From Octopus vulgaris (lineage: Eukaryota): a stretch of DNA of 64,000 nucleotides. This document shows, one piece after another, positions 12,180 to 26,680 of this stretch (positions are counted from its first letter, which is position 1; every line of letters begins with the position of its first letter). A program made the position numbers and the translations under genes. A model generated the notes under the pieces. It worked only from the letters and a program-made list of their open reading frames with translations. It ran no database searches and had not been told where the DNA came from. The stretch spans positions 42,284,001-42,348,000 of the forward strand of contig OX597828.1 in assembly GCA_951406725.2 (NCBI GenBank), in the 5' to 3' direction.

Positions 12180-12297
12180 GCTTACAGCACCTAGGCTTCC
12201 CAAGCGGCCACCCATCTAAGTACTCACTAGACTCGATGTTGCTTAACTCCGGTGATCGGACGAGAACCGGTGCTTTCAACATGATATGGCTGTAAGC
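12180..12297 (-). rRNA. 5S rRNA-derived copy (orphan variant or pseudogene)
   Basis: Reverse complement GCTTACAGCCATATC...GCACCGGTTCTCGTCCGATCACCG.AGTTAAGC...AGTACTT.GATGGGTG...GCTGTAAGC; 118 nt; no downstream T-run terminator. Confidence 0.88.
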
Positions 12298-12321
12298 TTA
12301 TGTATATGTATGTATGTATGA

Positions 12322-12356
<35 letters not shown>

Positions 12357-12396
12357 ACGTATGTATGTATGCATGTATGTATGTATGTATGTATAT

Positions 12397-13005
12397 ACTG
12401 TACATACTCGGCTATAATTTCCCTGAAATTTTCACCTAAAATTAGAGATGCGACTTATTAGCGCATCCAGTAAAAAAATTGTTCAGATATTTTCTAGGTA
12501 CAAGCCACGTCTGATGTTCCGACACTTGGAATAACCGAAAACACCCGATTCGCTAATTCCGAAGTCGAGAAGTAGACGGAAGACGATCTTTAGATGTTTC
12601 TTTATTTATTCCTTTACTTTTGTAAGTATGAAATACACTATTTATTAGATAGAAAAGTGAGTTTAATGCTTGTTTGTTTTTGTACCGTACCTGTCTTTCT
12701 TTAATTCTACGCCATGTTATTTGTTAACATGAAGAGGAAGAGGAATTCGTATAATATCACTTTGAAGCTGAAAGTTGTTGAATACGCGAAATCACATTCG
12801 AATCGAACTACAGAAAGAGAATCTGGAATCTCAGAAAAAATGGTCAGGGATTGGCGTTTGAAAGAGGAGAAAATTAAATCGGTTGACATTAAATTGTTAA
12901 AGAAAATTAGGATAGGAATAAGTGCCAATGAGGAGATGGAGAATTTATTGAGAGAAAAACTGATGCGCTCGTTCCAGACCGTATGTTTTCTATAAAAAAA
13001 GTTAC
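12397..13005 (+). mobile_element. pogo-family transposon 5' fragment (Brinker-type DNA-binding domain)
   Basis: MKRKRNSYNITLKLKVVEYAKSHSNRTTERESGISEKMVRDWR resembles the POGK-type BrkDBD; truncated. Confidence 0.75.
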
Positions 13006-13008
13006 CAG

Positions 13009-13225
13009 GAAGGCGAAGAACTGGCAAAACCGTTTGCACGCCGGACAAAATACTTCTTCTCTCTTACGCTGAGAGTTTGAACTCAGCAGGTGTTGACTTT
13101 TACATTTCATCCCCTAGGGGGGGGGTCGATAAAATAAGTACAAATTGAGTATTGGGGTCGATGTTATCGACTAGTCTCCTTTCACATAACTTCAGGCCTT
13201 GTGCCTATAGGACTACGTATTATTA
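13009..13225 (+). mobile_element. SINE family B, degraded
   Basis: GGCGAAGAACTGGCA head; TTTCATCC..GGGGTCGATAAAATAAGTAC body. Confidence 0.7.
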
Positions 13226-13783
13226 AAGAGTACCAAGTGAAACTAAAATGTTAAATTATCGTCTTCAGATTAAATATATATTGCATAATTTGTCAGAGTG
13301 AGTTTAGGTGCAACGTGGTTGTTGACCCGCAATATGATAAATATCAGATTCACAGAACGACATATTACTCTCTCTCTTCTATCCTCAGGTCGTGTTTAAA
13401 ATGTTCGTCATTATTTATACTAAATCATTGTCGTTCATTTATAATTGTTCAGATTTTGAGGGTTAATTAAGACGATGAAGGTCGAATAGAAAGTGTAATA
13501 CTATGGCTCTGTGTTAGACACCGGTAAAAATAGCCAATCTGTTGGGGAATGAAGTAAAATATGAATTATCTGTGTGTGAAGTAAATGTGATATTTATTGG
13601 AGGAAGAAGTAAAACGTTTATAATGAAATTGGAGATGAAGAAACGGACAGGTGCCCTGTGGATTAATCGGTATCGAGGTCGCACGGAATGTGACAAATGT
13701 GAAAGTTCTGATAGATTCTCTGTCCCCGCTAAGGGATTATAAGGTCTCAGAGTGTGTAAGCGTGTGAGAGTGTGTGTGTGTGA

Positions 13784-13817
<34 letters not shown>

Positions 13818-13907
13818 ATATTTGTATACGTACAAATACATACACATGCACACTTATATATATGTGTATTTATGTATGTACGTATGTATGTATATATGTA
13901 TATATAT

Positions 13908-13980
<73 letters not shown>

Positions 13981-14146
13981 AGGGGGGAGAGAGGGAGAGA
14001 GAGACAGAGAAGATAGACAGAAAGATAGATAGATAGAGACTGACAGGAGGCGAGAGACCGAGAAGCAAATAATCTGATACTAATATATATATATACACAT
14101 ACATATATATATATATACATACATACATATATATACTTATATATAC

Positions 14147-14201
<55 letters not shown>

Positions 14202-14808
14202 CATATATACATAAGTCATATATAATTATATCTGTATATGTACATACATATATATTTGTATATATACACACACATGCATACAAACATACAAATACACAAA
14301 GGTACATCTAGCTTATCTATGTATGCATGTGTGGGTGTATGCTTACTCTTGCTTGCATACGTACACACACACACACACACACACGCACACACACACGCAC
14401 ACACACGCTCACACACACACACATATAAAGTTATGTTTGATTATTTGGCTGTGTTTATGTGCATGTGTGCGCACGCGCGTATGTAATGTAATTAAATTCA
14501 AATTTATGTGTAGCCATTTCATAAAGTTTTGAACCCATCAGGAATTCTTCAAAGAGCACACCAATAAAGAAAAATTATTAAAAACGTATAAAAACGCCAA
14601 CACGTTATGCGATTCCTTTTATAATTACGGATGGGCATGTGTTCCATACTTCCGGCAGATCAGTCAAACAGGTTCTCTGCTATAATTCTCAACACACAGA
14701 TTCCTATCGTGGCGCCATTTCCATTTGATATGTGTATATTTTCATTTTGTAATTTAAAACAGAAATTTTCTTTAGTATGTCATAACTTTAGAGTACTTAC
14801 GTTGATAT

Positions 14809-15412
14809 GAAGGCGGCGAGCTGGCAGAATCGTTAGCACGCCGGGCGAAATGCTTAGCAGTATTTCTTCTGCTGCTACGTATTGAGTTCAAATTCCGCCG
14901 AGGTCGACTTTGCCTTTCATCCTTTCGGGGTCGATTAAATAAGTACCAGTTACGCACTGTGTGTTCGATATAATCGACTTAATCCGTTTGTCTGTCCTTG
15001 TTTGTCCTCTCTGTGTTTAGCCCGTTGTGGGTCGTAAAGAAATAGGTATTTCGTCTGCCGTTACGTTCTGAGTTCAAATTCCGCCGAAGTCGACTTTGCC
15101 TTTCATCCTTTCGGGGTCGATTAAATAAGTACCAGTTACGCACTGTGTTCGATATAATCGACTTAATCCGTTTGTCTGTCCTTGTTTGTCCCCTCTGTGT
15201 TTAGCCTCTTGTGGGTAGTAAAGAAATAGGTATTTCGTCTGCCGTTACGTTCTGATTTCAAATTCCCCCGCGGTCGACTTTGCCTTTCATCCTTTCGGGG
15301 TCGATTAAATAAGTACCAGTTACGCACTGGGGTCGATGTAATCGACTTAATTCCTTTGTCTGTCCTTGTTTGTCCCCTCTGTGTTTAGCCTCTTGTGTGC
15401 AATAAAGAAATA
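14809..15412 (+). mobile_element. SINE family B with one head and three tandem bodies (about 184 bp each)
   Basis: Head GGCGGCGAGCTGGCAGAATCGTTAGC once; GTATTTC..GAGTTCAAATTCCGCC..AAAGAAATA three times. Confidence 0.9.
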
Positions 15413-15484
15413 AATATATGATATCTTATGAAAATTGTTTCAGTTGCACTAGAAATTTCGGTAGTTATACTGATTTCAAATTTA

Positions 15485-15680
15485 AGTACAAGGCCAGAAA
15501 TTTCGAGGTGCTAGTCGGTTACATCAACTCCAGTGCTCAACTGGTACTTATTTTATCGACTCTGAAAAGATTACAGGCAAAGTCGACCTCGGCGGAATTT
15601 GAACTCAGAACGCAAAGGACAGACGAAATCCCGCTATGCATTTTACCCGATATGCCAACGATTCTGACAGCTCGACGCCA
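15485..15680 (-). mobile_element. SINE family B, degraded
   Basis: GGCAAAGTCGACCTCGGCGGAATTTGAACTCAGAACG. Confidence 0.75.
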
Positions 15681-16140
15681 ATTTTTGTCGGTAGTAATAT
15701 TAAAAATACGAAAAATTGTAAGTAGATATAACGAGTATGATATTCAGAATCCTAATATAACTGTGTAATATATAAAAAAAAAACAGTTTGCTTAACGGTG
15801 GTAGTCTCAGGAAAGTAAATGTCTACAGAGTTAAATTTAGGGCTGAAGATGGTGGTGGAAAACCTCGCAGAGAATACTGTATAATAGACTGTGATAATTT
15901 CAAGATTGCTTAAACTTAAAACGATTTACTGGTATGCGGAAAAATAGACGCCCCACTGTATTATCAAGTTACGTATGGAGGCTAAAGGAGAACGATATAA
16001 CCGGTGTAGGTAGATATTGAAATAGCAATTATCAAGTACACACAGGTCTCGATAAATGGAGCAAATCAGTACCAGTTCTGAAGAATATATCTTCATGCTG
16101 TATTTATTAAATTAAAAGTAAACTGAGGAAAAGAAAAAAA

Positions 16141-16181
<41 letters not shown>

Positions 16182-16388
16182 CGGAAGCTCTTTTGAAGAC
16201 GGTGCCAGCATAAGTTATACCTGGCGAAATAGAGCAGGGAGATGAAGACTAGTTGCTATAACGGAAGTACTGAAGATGTAATCTCATTACTGACATCGTT
16301 CTGTACTTTTCACTCTGTTCATGAAATACGGAATATACTCTCGCACACACGAGAGTCTGTACTGTATGTATGTGCGTGTGTGCATGTA

Positions 16389-16474
<86 letters not shown>

Positions 16475-16578
16475 TATGTATATATATTTATATATATATA
16501 TGTACATATATACATATATATATACATACATATATATATATATATTATATATATATATGTACATATATACATATATAT

Positions 16579-16637
<59 letters not shown>

Positions 16638-16653
16638 TATATGAATGTATTCA

Positions 16654-16689
<36 letters not shown>

Positions 16690-16694
<5 letters not shown>

Positions 16695-16760
16695 GGAAAG
16701 TTTACAAAAATAAACAAAAGACGAAGGCAGGTGGTGTACAAACAAACAGATGTATTAGTA
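16690..16760 (-). mobile_element. Family P1 3' tail fragment
   Basis: Matches the reverse complement of 987-1053. Confidence 0.65.
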
Positions 16761-16954
16761 ATAAATATATGATATCTTATGAAAATTGTTTCAGTTGCAC
16801 TAGAAATTTCGGTAGTATATTATATGATATATAATTTAGAAGAAAATATTTGCGAAGATGTTATTGCCTCAGTTATTATCTAGTGTGACAATTAAAAATG
16901 ATAATAACAGAAGCAATAATATAGGACCATTGCAGGCTCCCAAAAAGCATTAGG

Positions 16955-17086
16955 TAGATGAAGGATTGCGATTGATCAAAGGACATATTACTTATGTCTA
17001 CCTGCTGGAACAGTCAGATTTGGCTATTATTTCCAGCAGGTAGATATACTTAGTATGCCCTTTGATGAATTTTAATCCTTCAGCTA
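16955..17086. repeat. Imperfect TA-bounded palindrome (MITE-like)
   Basis: TAGATGAAGGATT...TCTACCTGCTGGAA / TTCCAGCAGGTAGA...AATCCTTCAGCTA. Confidence 0.75.
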
Positions 17087-17171
17087 TTTTAATGATTCAG
17101 CTATTTAATCCGTCAGCTATATATCTATATATATGATATATATGATATATATGATATATATGATATATATG

Positions 17172-17227
<56 letters not shown>

Positions 17228-17282
17228 TAACATATGATATGATATGATATATATATATATATATATATATGTGATATATGTG

Positions 17283-17318
<36 letters not shown>

Positions 17319-17396
17319 ATGATAACATATGATATGATATATATATATATGATATATATATATATATACATAATATATATATATATATGATATATA

Positions 17397-17450
<54 letters not shown>

Positions 17451-18092
17451 TGAGATAGAGAAGGCGGAGTGTTTGTGAGCGTGCAAGAGAGTCCATAGTT
17501 GAGTATTTGAGCAGCAGATGCTCCGACAGACTCGTGGTCGTGTAAGTATAAACGGCAAGCAAAGAGAGAGAACCGTATAAAGTTAGTTTACGGTTGGTTG
17601 ATTCCTATCTGAGGGACAAGAACAATGGTTTATTCACAACTTGCGTGTCTCAACACACAAACACACCGTCATAACAACAATAGGTGTAGGAAAAAAAAAA
17701 AAACAAGCATGAAAAACTACATACCAGACAAAGACAGGTATAAAAAATTAAAATAATTATAACTGCAGTAAAGCAATAACGTTTTACACCGTTTCAGATA
17801 GTTTGTTGGTAATTAACATGTGTGTGTGAATGTGTGTGTATGTGTGTCTATGTGTGTGTGTGAGAGAGATAGAGAGAGAGAGAGGGGGGGGGTTAATTGG
17901 TTAACCAGTAAGTAACATTTATTATGCGCACTGCATTAGCTTAGAATGGTCGCGGAGATATAAGAGAGATAAGCCGTATACATAAAGGCACGCACTGTCT
18001 GTCTGTCTGTCTCTCTTACGCAGACGCGCACGCACACTCACATACGTACACACTTACATACATGTCTATATATATATATATATATATATAAT

Positions 18093-18135
<43 letters not shown>

Positions 18136-18224
18136 ATATGTATGTATATACACACACAAATATTTTCATACATACATACCATACAGCATAGACCATCCAG
18201 AACTAAACACTAAAATATCTATTT

Positions 18225-18305
18225 CTCTATCTATCAATCTATCAATCTATCTATCTGTCTGTCTATCTGTCAGTCCATCCATCCATCTATCTATCTATCT
18301 ATCTG

Positions 18306-18388
<83 letters not shown>

Positions 18389-18389
18389 G

Positions 18390-18449
<60 letters not shown>

Positions 18450-18455
18450 CCTATC
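18225..18455. repeat. (TCTA)n microsatellite
   Basis: Direct. Confidence 0.95.
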
Positions 18456-19079
18456 TCTGTGCGTGTCTAGCTGGCTGTCTCTGTCTACCTATCTATCTAC
18501 ACACACACACACTTATATATACATATACGTATGTTTTTATAGAATAGTAAAATATATAAATACATGCATATATACATGCATATATGTACATACCTACATA
18601 CATACGTATATACACATGCATATATGGGTATATATGTTTTTTATAAATATACATTGAACACTCCTACTTAAAAAAAATAGCGGTAAAACAGACGAGGAAG
18701 AAAAGAAGACGTAGACAGCAAAAAAAAAACTACAAACAAGACAGGCAGCTTTAATTGAAAGTAGGAAACCTAAGTCTAGGTGAAGTAGAATTGAGGATAT
18801 TGAGGTGACACACGTCTACCTGCTGACTATCCCTTTAAAGATCCACTGCAACAAAAGGTCCACTAAATATGTTGCACACATAGTGCACAATGCACCTTGG
18901 TTTCTGCCATCGCGTCGCTTGGTGCAGGGACAAGTCTTGCAATCACCACTGACAGATGTGCGCTTCAGGCTAGCAAAAAAAAAAAACAATATACAGAGTG
19001 GTGATCGCATGCCAGCTTGTGGACAACTGACTGCACGCATGTGTACACTTAGGTCGGCTTCTCTCTCTCTCTCTCTCTC

Positions 19080-19119
<40 letters not shown>

Positions 19120-19288
19120 TATATATATATGCACATATATATTCATACATATGCATGTCTACAAATGCACATGTATACATATGCCAGCATATATGTATGT
19201 ATATATGTATGTATGTATGTATATATATATATATATATGTATATATATTTATGTATATATATATATGTATATATATGTATGTATATAC

Positions 19289-19344
<56 letters not shown>

Positions 19345-19518
19345 TTATTTATATATATGTGTATGTATGAATTAAATAATTTATGTATTTATGCATGTAT
19401 GTATATATGTATGTATATATATGTGTGTGTGTGTGTATGTATGTATAGATGTATATATATGAATGTATGTATTTATACATATATATATATATAAATGTAT
19501 GTATACATACATGCATAC

Positions 19519-19572
<54 letters not shown>

Positions 19573-19713
19573 GTGCATATATACATATGCATGCATGTAT
19601 GTATGTATACAATGTAGATACTTTAAATGGACTCACATTAATACGCATTAAACATACGTGAACAAAGAAGCAAACATCCGTATCATTTACACACGTATAA
19701 GCATTTATCTATA

Positions 19714-19856
<143 letters not shown>

Positions 19857-20520
19857 ATATATATACATATATATAGACATTTATGTATGCATGTTTGTAT
19901 CTGTGTGTGTATGTATGCATGGACGTGTATACATTTGCGCACATGCAAATATGATGGCACATTCAGAAAGAAATAAACGATTTCAGTATGCATGAATAAA
20001 CACTAAATGCACGCAATCAGCAGCACTACTCATGCCTATATATACACCAGAGTATATATACATACATACATGCACATACAAATACATACATACATACATA
20101 CATATATGTATATATATATATATCATATGAAGAGAGCGTGCTCGTCAGCGAAAGAGAGAAAGAGAGACATATGTATCTACATACGGACGTACATAGATGA
20201 ATAATATATTTACATAGCGTGTAAATCGGCCATTTTCACCACATGCGGTTCTACTTTCATTTTTGCATTTGTATTTACCTTGCTGTTATTACTCTCTCTA
20301 CCCTCCGTTCTATCTCTGTCTGACACATTCACCTTCCTTTATCTCTCTCCCTCTCTCCCTCCCCATTTCTACTTCTCGTTTTCTTTTTTCTTTCATTCAT
20401 CAGAATTGCCTTTCTAATTCTCCACTTCCTTTCCTTTCTACCATTACGATATGTATGCATACATACACATACATACATACATACATACATATACACACAC
20501 ACACATTTATATGTATATTT

Positions 20521-20904
20521 ACTGTTTTACTCTTTTACTTGTTTCAGTCATTTTGACTGCGGCCATGCTGGAGCACCGCCTTTAGTCGAGCAAATCTACT
20601 CCGGGACTTATTCTTTGTAAGCCCAGTACTTATTCTATCGGTCTCTTTTGCCGAACCGCTAAGTGACGGGGACGTAAACACACCAGCATCGGTTGTCAAG
20701 CAATGCTAGGGGGACAAACACAGACTCACAAACTTATACACACACATACATATATATAAATATATACATATATACGACGGGCTTCTTTCAGTTTCTGTCT
20801 ACCAATTCCACTCACAAGGCATTGGTCAGCCCGAGGTTATAGCAGAAGACACTTGCCCAAGATGCCACGCAGTGGGACTGAACCCGGAACCCGGAACCTG
20901 CGCC

Positions 20905-20905
<1 letters not shown>
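20521..20905 (-). mobile_element. SINE family A
   Basis: Body and tail match family A. Confidence 0.9.
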
Positions 20906-20935
<30 letters not shown>

Positions 20936-21019
20936 TTGAAAATATATATATGCATATATATATGCATACGTAATATATATGTATATATGGATATATACAT
21001 TATTTCTTTATTTTTTTTT

Positions 21020-21180
21020 TTTCATTCTCTCTCCTTTTTTACCTTTCAATCCTTTCTGTTGAAGAACGTAGGCTCGAAACGTAAACGACTTTCCGTTTAT
21101 CCCGAGCGTTTAACTAATACACCTGCTTGCTATACCTACACCAGTTTTCGTCATTTGATTTTCTATCAATTTGAACTATA
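21020..21180 (+). mobile_element. Family P1 insert with hammerhead (21051-21088)
   Basis: CTTTCTGTTGAAGAACGTAGGCTCGAAACGTAAA followed by the P1 tail. Confidence 0.65.
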
Positions 21181-21189
21181 TATGTATAT

Positions 21190-21574
21190 GTGGAGGCGCA
21201 ATGGCCCAGTGGTTAGGGCAACGGACTCGCGGTCATGGGATCGCGGTTTCGATTCCCAGACCGGGCGTTTTGAGTGTTTATTGAGCGAAAACACCTAAAA
21301 GCTCCACGAGGCTCCGGCAGGGGATGGTGGTGATCCCTGCTGTACTCTTTCACCACAACTTTCTCTCACTCTTACTTCCTGTTTCTGTTGTACCTGTATT
21401 TCAAGGGGCCGGCCTTGTCACTCTCTGTGTCACGCTGAATATCCCCGAGAACTACGGTAAGGGTACACGTGTCTGTGGAGTGCTCAGACACTTACACGTT
21501 AATTTCACGAGCAGGCTGTTCCGTTGATTCGGATCAACCGGAACCCTCATCGTCGTAACCGACGGAGTGCTTCC
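21190..21574 (+). mobile_element. tRNA-derived SINE family C
   Basis: tRNA-like head GGCGCAATGGCCCAGTGGTTAGG...GGTTTCGATTCCC; second copy at 61556-61906. Confidence 0.85.
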
Positions 21575-21688
21575 ATATGTATATGTACATCAACAATAGG
21601 ATCAAGGCTTGAAATACTGGAAGAGATGGCGAATTTTGGTGGTTTTCGTCACAGTTTACAATTATTTTTTTAAAGTTATTTTAATGTA

Positions 21689-22157
<469 letters not shown>

Positions 22158-23442
22158 TTATGTAGATGTAATTTTTGGCGCTGAATCTGAATTTGCTATT
22201 CATTTATTCTAGAAAAACTTTTCCAAATTGTTACAGGTGGTCAAAGTTTGATAATTTTCAGAATTTTCAGCCAATCAGAAAACGGCACGTTCGCTGCCTC
22301 TTCCATCATCAGGTGTGAAAACATTAAACTAGCTACAGTAAACAGTGAAAAACACGAAATCATTCGCAAACAAATTAAATATTTAAAAGCTACGTAGAAA
22401 CTAACAGGAGTTGCTAGAAATAACAGTTAAAAGGTTGTTTAAAACAAACATTTATTAGTTAAATAAAGAACGATTGTTAGCAATACACTCTAGGATTTTA
22501 TAAAATAAATCATCTTTCTTGTATTTCTTTCTGTACATAGGAAATGTTTAAAGATGTGGCCATCGTTCTAGAATAGAATTCTTTCCGTTGTGAAAATAAG
22601 CACTTATGGAACATGTGGTGGTTACGTTCTTGTGCGCATGCGTAGCATATCTTTAGCTACTATGGAAACGGAGTTCTTTGCAATCAGCTATGCAACACGT
22701 AGTACTTCTTTGCGTTGGTTACTATAGAAACAGAATTCTTCCCTACGATGATGTGTAAAATACTCGCTTCTAAAATACCAAAATTTTGCAAATAACATTT
22801 TTATTGTGGAATTATAGGGAAAATGAATCTCATTTTCATAATTAGTATTCAAAACTTAATCCAGATACCAAATTTGAAAAAATTGTAACAAAATTATAAA
22901 CAGTGATGAAAACCACAAAGAGGGCTGATCAACGACCCCAGTACTTCACTGAGACATATTTTATCGACCCATAAAGGATGGAAAGCAAAGTCGATCTCGA
23001 CGGAATTTGAACTCAGCACGTAAATATCAAGCTGAAAAACCTTTCGAGATAGAAAAAATATTGAAGGCTGTCCGTGCAACTCGAACCCACATCTTCTGTA
23101 CACATGACAGTCATTCTATCACTGGACCAAAGCATTCCTTCAAGTTTTTCTATCCATTTTAGACTTTGTTCTTACCATCGAGAATTAGAATTTTGTTGAC
23201 TTCTCATGAACTAGAAACTTTTGAGAGAAGGTAAAGTAATTCACCTTTTGGAATTGTGGATCTCGAAGCAAATGATAAAAGATATAAATGAAAATCTGTA
23301 AATATTGGGAAGAAAACCTTTTGAAGTTTGCCTGTGGGACACCAACGCACATCTTCTGCAAAACATGACACACGTTTTATGACGTCAAAACAAGAATATA
23401 TATATATAATTCATAGTTTAAAACTCGCCAAGAAGGTTTTGA

Positions 23443-23503
23443 AACCACCTCAAGAATGTCTCAAAGATGTGCTGAAATAAGACATAAAACGATCGTAGTG
23501 GTT
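23443..23503 (+). ncRNA. Inactivated type I hammerhead motif in a TA-flanked insert (about 23408-23605)
   Basis: AACCAC-CTcAAGA-ATGTCT..AGACAT-aAAA-CGATCG-TA-GTGGTT; all stems intact, core G5C and G12A. Confidence 0.6.
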
Positions 23504-23604
23504 ATTTATATTTGTTAAATTTCTAAATTTATATAAATAATTTATGTATTGGCTTAAGTCTTTCTTTGTTTGATTTGCATAATAGTGGTTTTGTCTCTAA
23601 TTAA

Positions 23605-23660
<56 letters not shown>

Positions 23661-23911
23661 TTTTGCTGAGATTTTTTCTTGAGAACACCTTCGTGGTAAT
23701 GGCGATTTGACGTCTATGTTTAACATATTAGGTGACCACTTTAGTGGTCATTCCTCCTAATTTTGTATATATATATATGAGATATATATATCTATAAATA
23801 TATACAGACTTTTATTTGTATGTGTGCATATATATTATATATTATATATGTGTATACGTATATATATATAAGTATATGTATATTATTTTATGCATATGTA
23901 TACAAACACGC

Positions 23912-23958
<47 letters not shown>

Positions 23959-24163
23959 TATTTGTGTTTGTATATATGTGTGTATGCGTGCGTGTGTGCG
24001 TCTATATATTGTTATATATACGTATACATACATATATATATGTGTGTGTATATATATATGTGCATATATTCTTTTATGTTTACGTATACACACACACAAA
24101 CACGCATATATGCATATTTGTGTTTTTATGTTTCATATATGTGTGTGATTTTCTTGTGTTAGT

Positions 24164-24201
<38 letters not shown>

Positions 24202-25109
24202 ATGCGTATCCCACACACACATACACATACATGCACACACTACTGTACATGTGAGTGTGTAGTTTATAACAGTCATTCATATATTATTAGAGATAAGAGT
24301 ACATTTCAAACGAACAAACACACACACACACACACACATACACACACACACACATACACACACACACACAAACACACATAAATTCGGCTATACACACACC
24401 CACACACACACGCACAGGCAAGTCAGGCAGCACAGAAGGCCATGCATAAACCTCAAGCCGCAAGTTCCCTCCTCGTTAGCCTTATCTTCCCAGCCTTGCA
24501 CTATACAACAACCACCATACTGTTTCTATAGCAGGGTGGGGTCTTAATAACGGGTGGCAACAAAAGAGATTCGGGTGGAGGCTGGTGGAGCTGACTAATG
24601 CTCAAGTGCCCGTCACATAGAAAACAAGACCGACAGACAGACAGACACTTCACTTTTTCAATGGTGTCTGCGTTTGGCCCTTTGTAGTCCGCGGTTTGCG
24701 TTTAATATGGGCGTTGGTAGGGACCTTTTAAATGGGATGAGGTCATCGACCTACAGTCGTTGATGTAATGGAGTTCTAATAGAGGTCAACGGCGATACAC
24801 ATTTTAAAGCATTACGTATTTGATGGGGGGTGGAGAGGTAAATAGGAAACCTAGAGGTCATTTGTGTTTATGTGTTTGTGTGTTTGTGTGTATGCGTGTG
24901 TGGCAGCCTGTGCGAGTACGCATGTGTATTTTCATGCGTGTGGGCGTGTCAGTATCTGTACGGGTGAGTACATGTTTGTATGTGTATATATGCGCGTGCC
25001 CATAAGTATGGGTTTATTTGCGTGTCTGACTATATGTATATATACACACATACAGACACACGACTGTAATTTGTTGTCTGTCTGTCTTTCTATCTATCTT
25101 TATTTATAA

Positions 25110-25407
25110 GCATACATACATACATACATACATACATGCATACATACATACATACAAACATACATACATACATACATACATACTTACATACATACATACA
25201 CACACACATACATACATACATACATACATACATACATACATACATACATACATACATACATACACACACACACATACATACATACATACATACATACATA
25301 CATACATACATACATACATACATACATACAAACATACATACATACATACATACATACATACATACACACATACATACATACATACATACATACATACATA
25401 CATACAT
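25110..25407. repeat. (CATA)n microsatellite
   Basis: Direct. Confidence 0.95.
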
Positions 25408-25533
25408 GCCATTGTCGAAAGTACATTTGCCCATTGCTGTCATTTGGAACCCAGCACGGGATATTCGAAGTGCATTATCCAGAAGGATAATGCCTTCTGG
25501 ATAATGAATAATCTACGTGGGACACTAACTCTT

Positions 25534-25578
25534 ACAGTCCGTCGATGGCTTGGCTGGCGGAAGCTTCGAAGTCACTGT
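25534..25578 (+). ncRNA. Degenerate hammerhead motif (same family as 62029-62073)
   Basis: ACAGT-CCGTCGA...CTTCGAAG-TC-ACTGT; stem I and palindromic stem III kept. Confidence 0.45.
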
Positions 25579-25756
25579 CAACAACATTCTTGCATTAGAA
25601 TAATCTATTCTTATGCAAGAAAAACATGTATCTACCTATGTCTCGGTCTCTCTCTCTCTATATATATATATAGAGAGAGAGCCAGCACATTGCTAGGAAC
25701 ATACCCAAAACGCAGTTTGACTTTTAAATTTAAACCTAGATTATAGTTTTAACTCA

Positions 25757-26164
25757 TGAGTGGCTGTGTGGTATGTAGCTTGCTAACCAACCACATGGTT
25801 CCGGGTTCAGTCCCACTGCGTGGCATCTTGGGCAAGTGTCTTCTGCTATAGCCCCGGGCCGACCAATGCCTTGTGAGTGGATTTGGTAGACGGAAACTGA
25901 AAGAAGCCTGTCGTATATATGTACATATATATATATGTATGTATGTGTATGTGTTTGTGTGTCTGTGTTTGTCCCCCTAGCTTTGCTTGACAACCGATGC
26001 TGGTGTGTTTACGTCCCCGTTACTTAGCGGTTCGGCAAAAGAGACCGATAGAATAAGTACTGGACTTATAAAAGAATTAGTCCCGGGGTCAATTTGCTCG
26101 ACTAAAGGCGGTGCTCCAGCATGGCTGCAGTCAAATGACTGAAACGTGTAAAAGAGTAAAAGAG

Positions 26165-26165
<1 letters not shown>
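25757..26165 (+). mobile_element. SINE family A
   Basis: Near-complete young copy. Confidence 0.92.
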
Positions 26166-26219
<54 letters not shown>

Positions 26220-26261
26220 GATATTATATAATATAATCTAATCTAAAATATTATAATATAC

Positions 26262-26345
<84 letters not shown>

Positions 26346-26349
<4 letters not shown>

Positions 26350-26680
26350 GTGCTCATGACTTAGTGTTTTGCTTCTTCCATGCATTTATTTCTTTGCCAC
26401 ATTTATCACTGACGAAGGGAGGGTTCTTACGAACTAACCCTGAAATCGGTCCGATATGGTAATAATGGAATTTTTTACAAATTGACCTTTTTTCGAGTAG
26501 CGTGCGTATTGTGAAAAATTATATGGTTATGGACAATAGTTCTAATTTCGGCATATTTGGCATTAGAAATTTTTTCGTTTGCCCTTATTTATAAGTTGTC
26601 TATAATTTTAACCTTTAAAGGTATTTTTTAATATGCTGGCCATTGATAAATTTATTTTTCGAAAAAATTTTATCCTACAT

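Noticed and set aside
21190-21265. tRNA gene candidates at SINE heads (also 23070-23135, 34665-34736)
   Set aside because: They continue into SINE bodies or are too degenerate for a cloverleaf
22160-22895. Possible DNA transposon fragment
   Set aside because: No TIR pair or recognisable protein motif found by eye
25476-25506. 14-bp stem hairpin CATTATCCAGAAGG/CCTTCTGGATAATG as a terminator
   Set aside because: Eukaryotic context and no U-tract; probably a small local inversion next to the degenerate hammerhead
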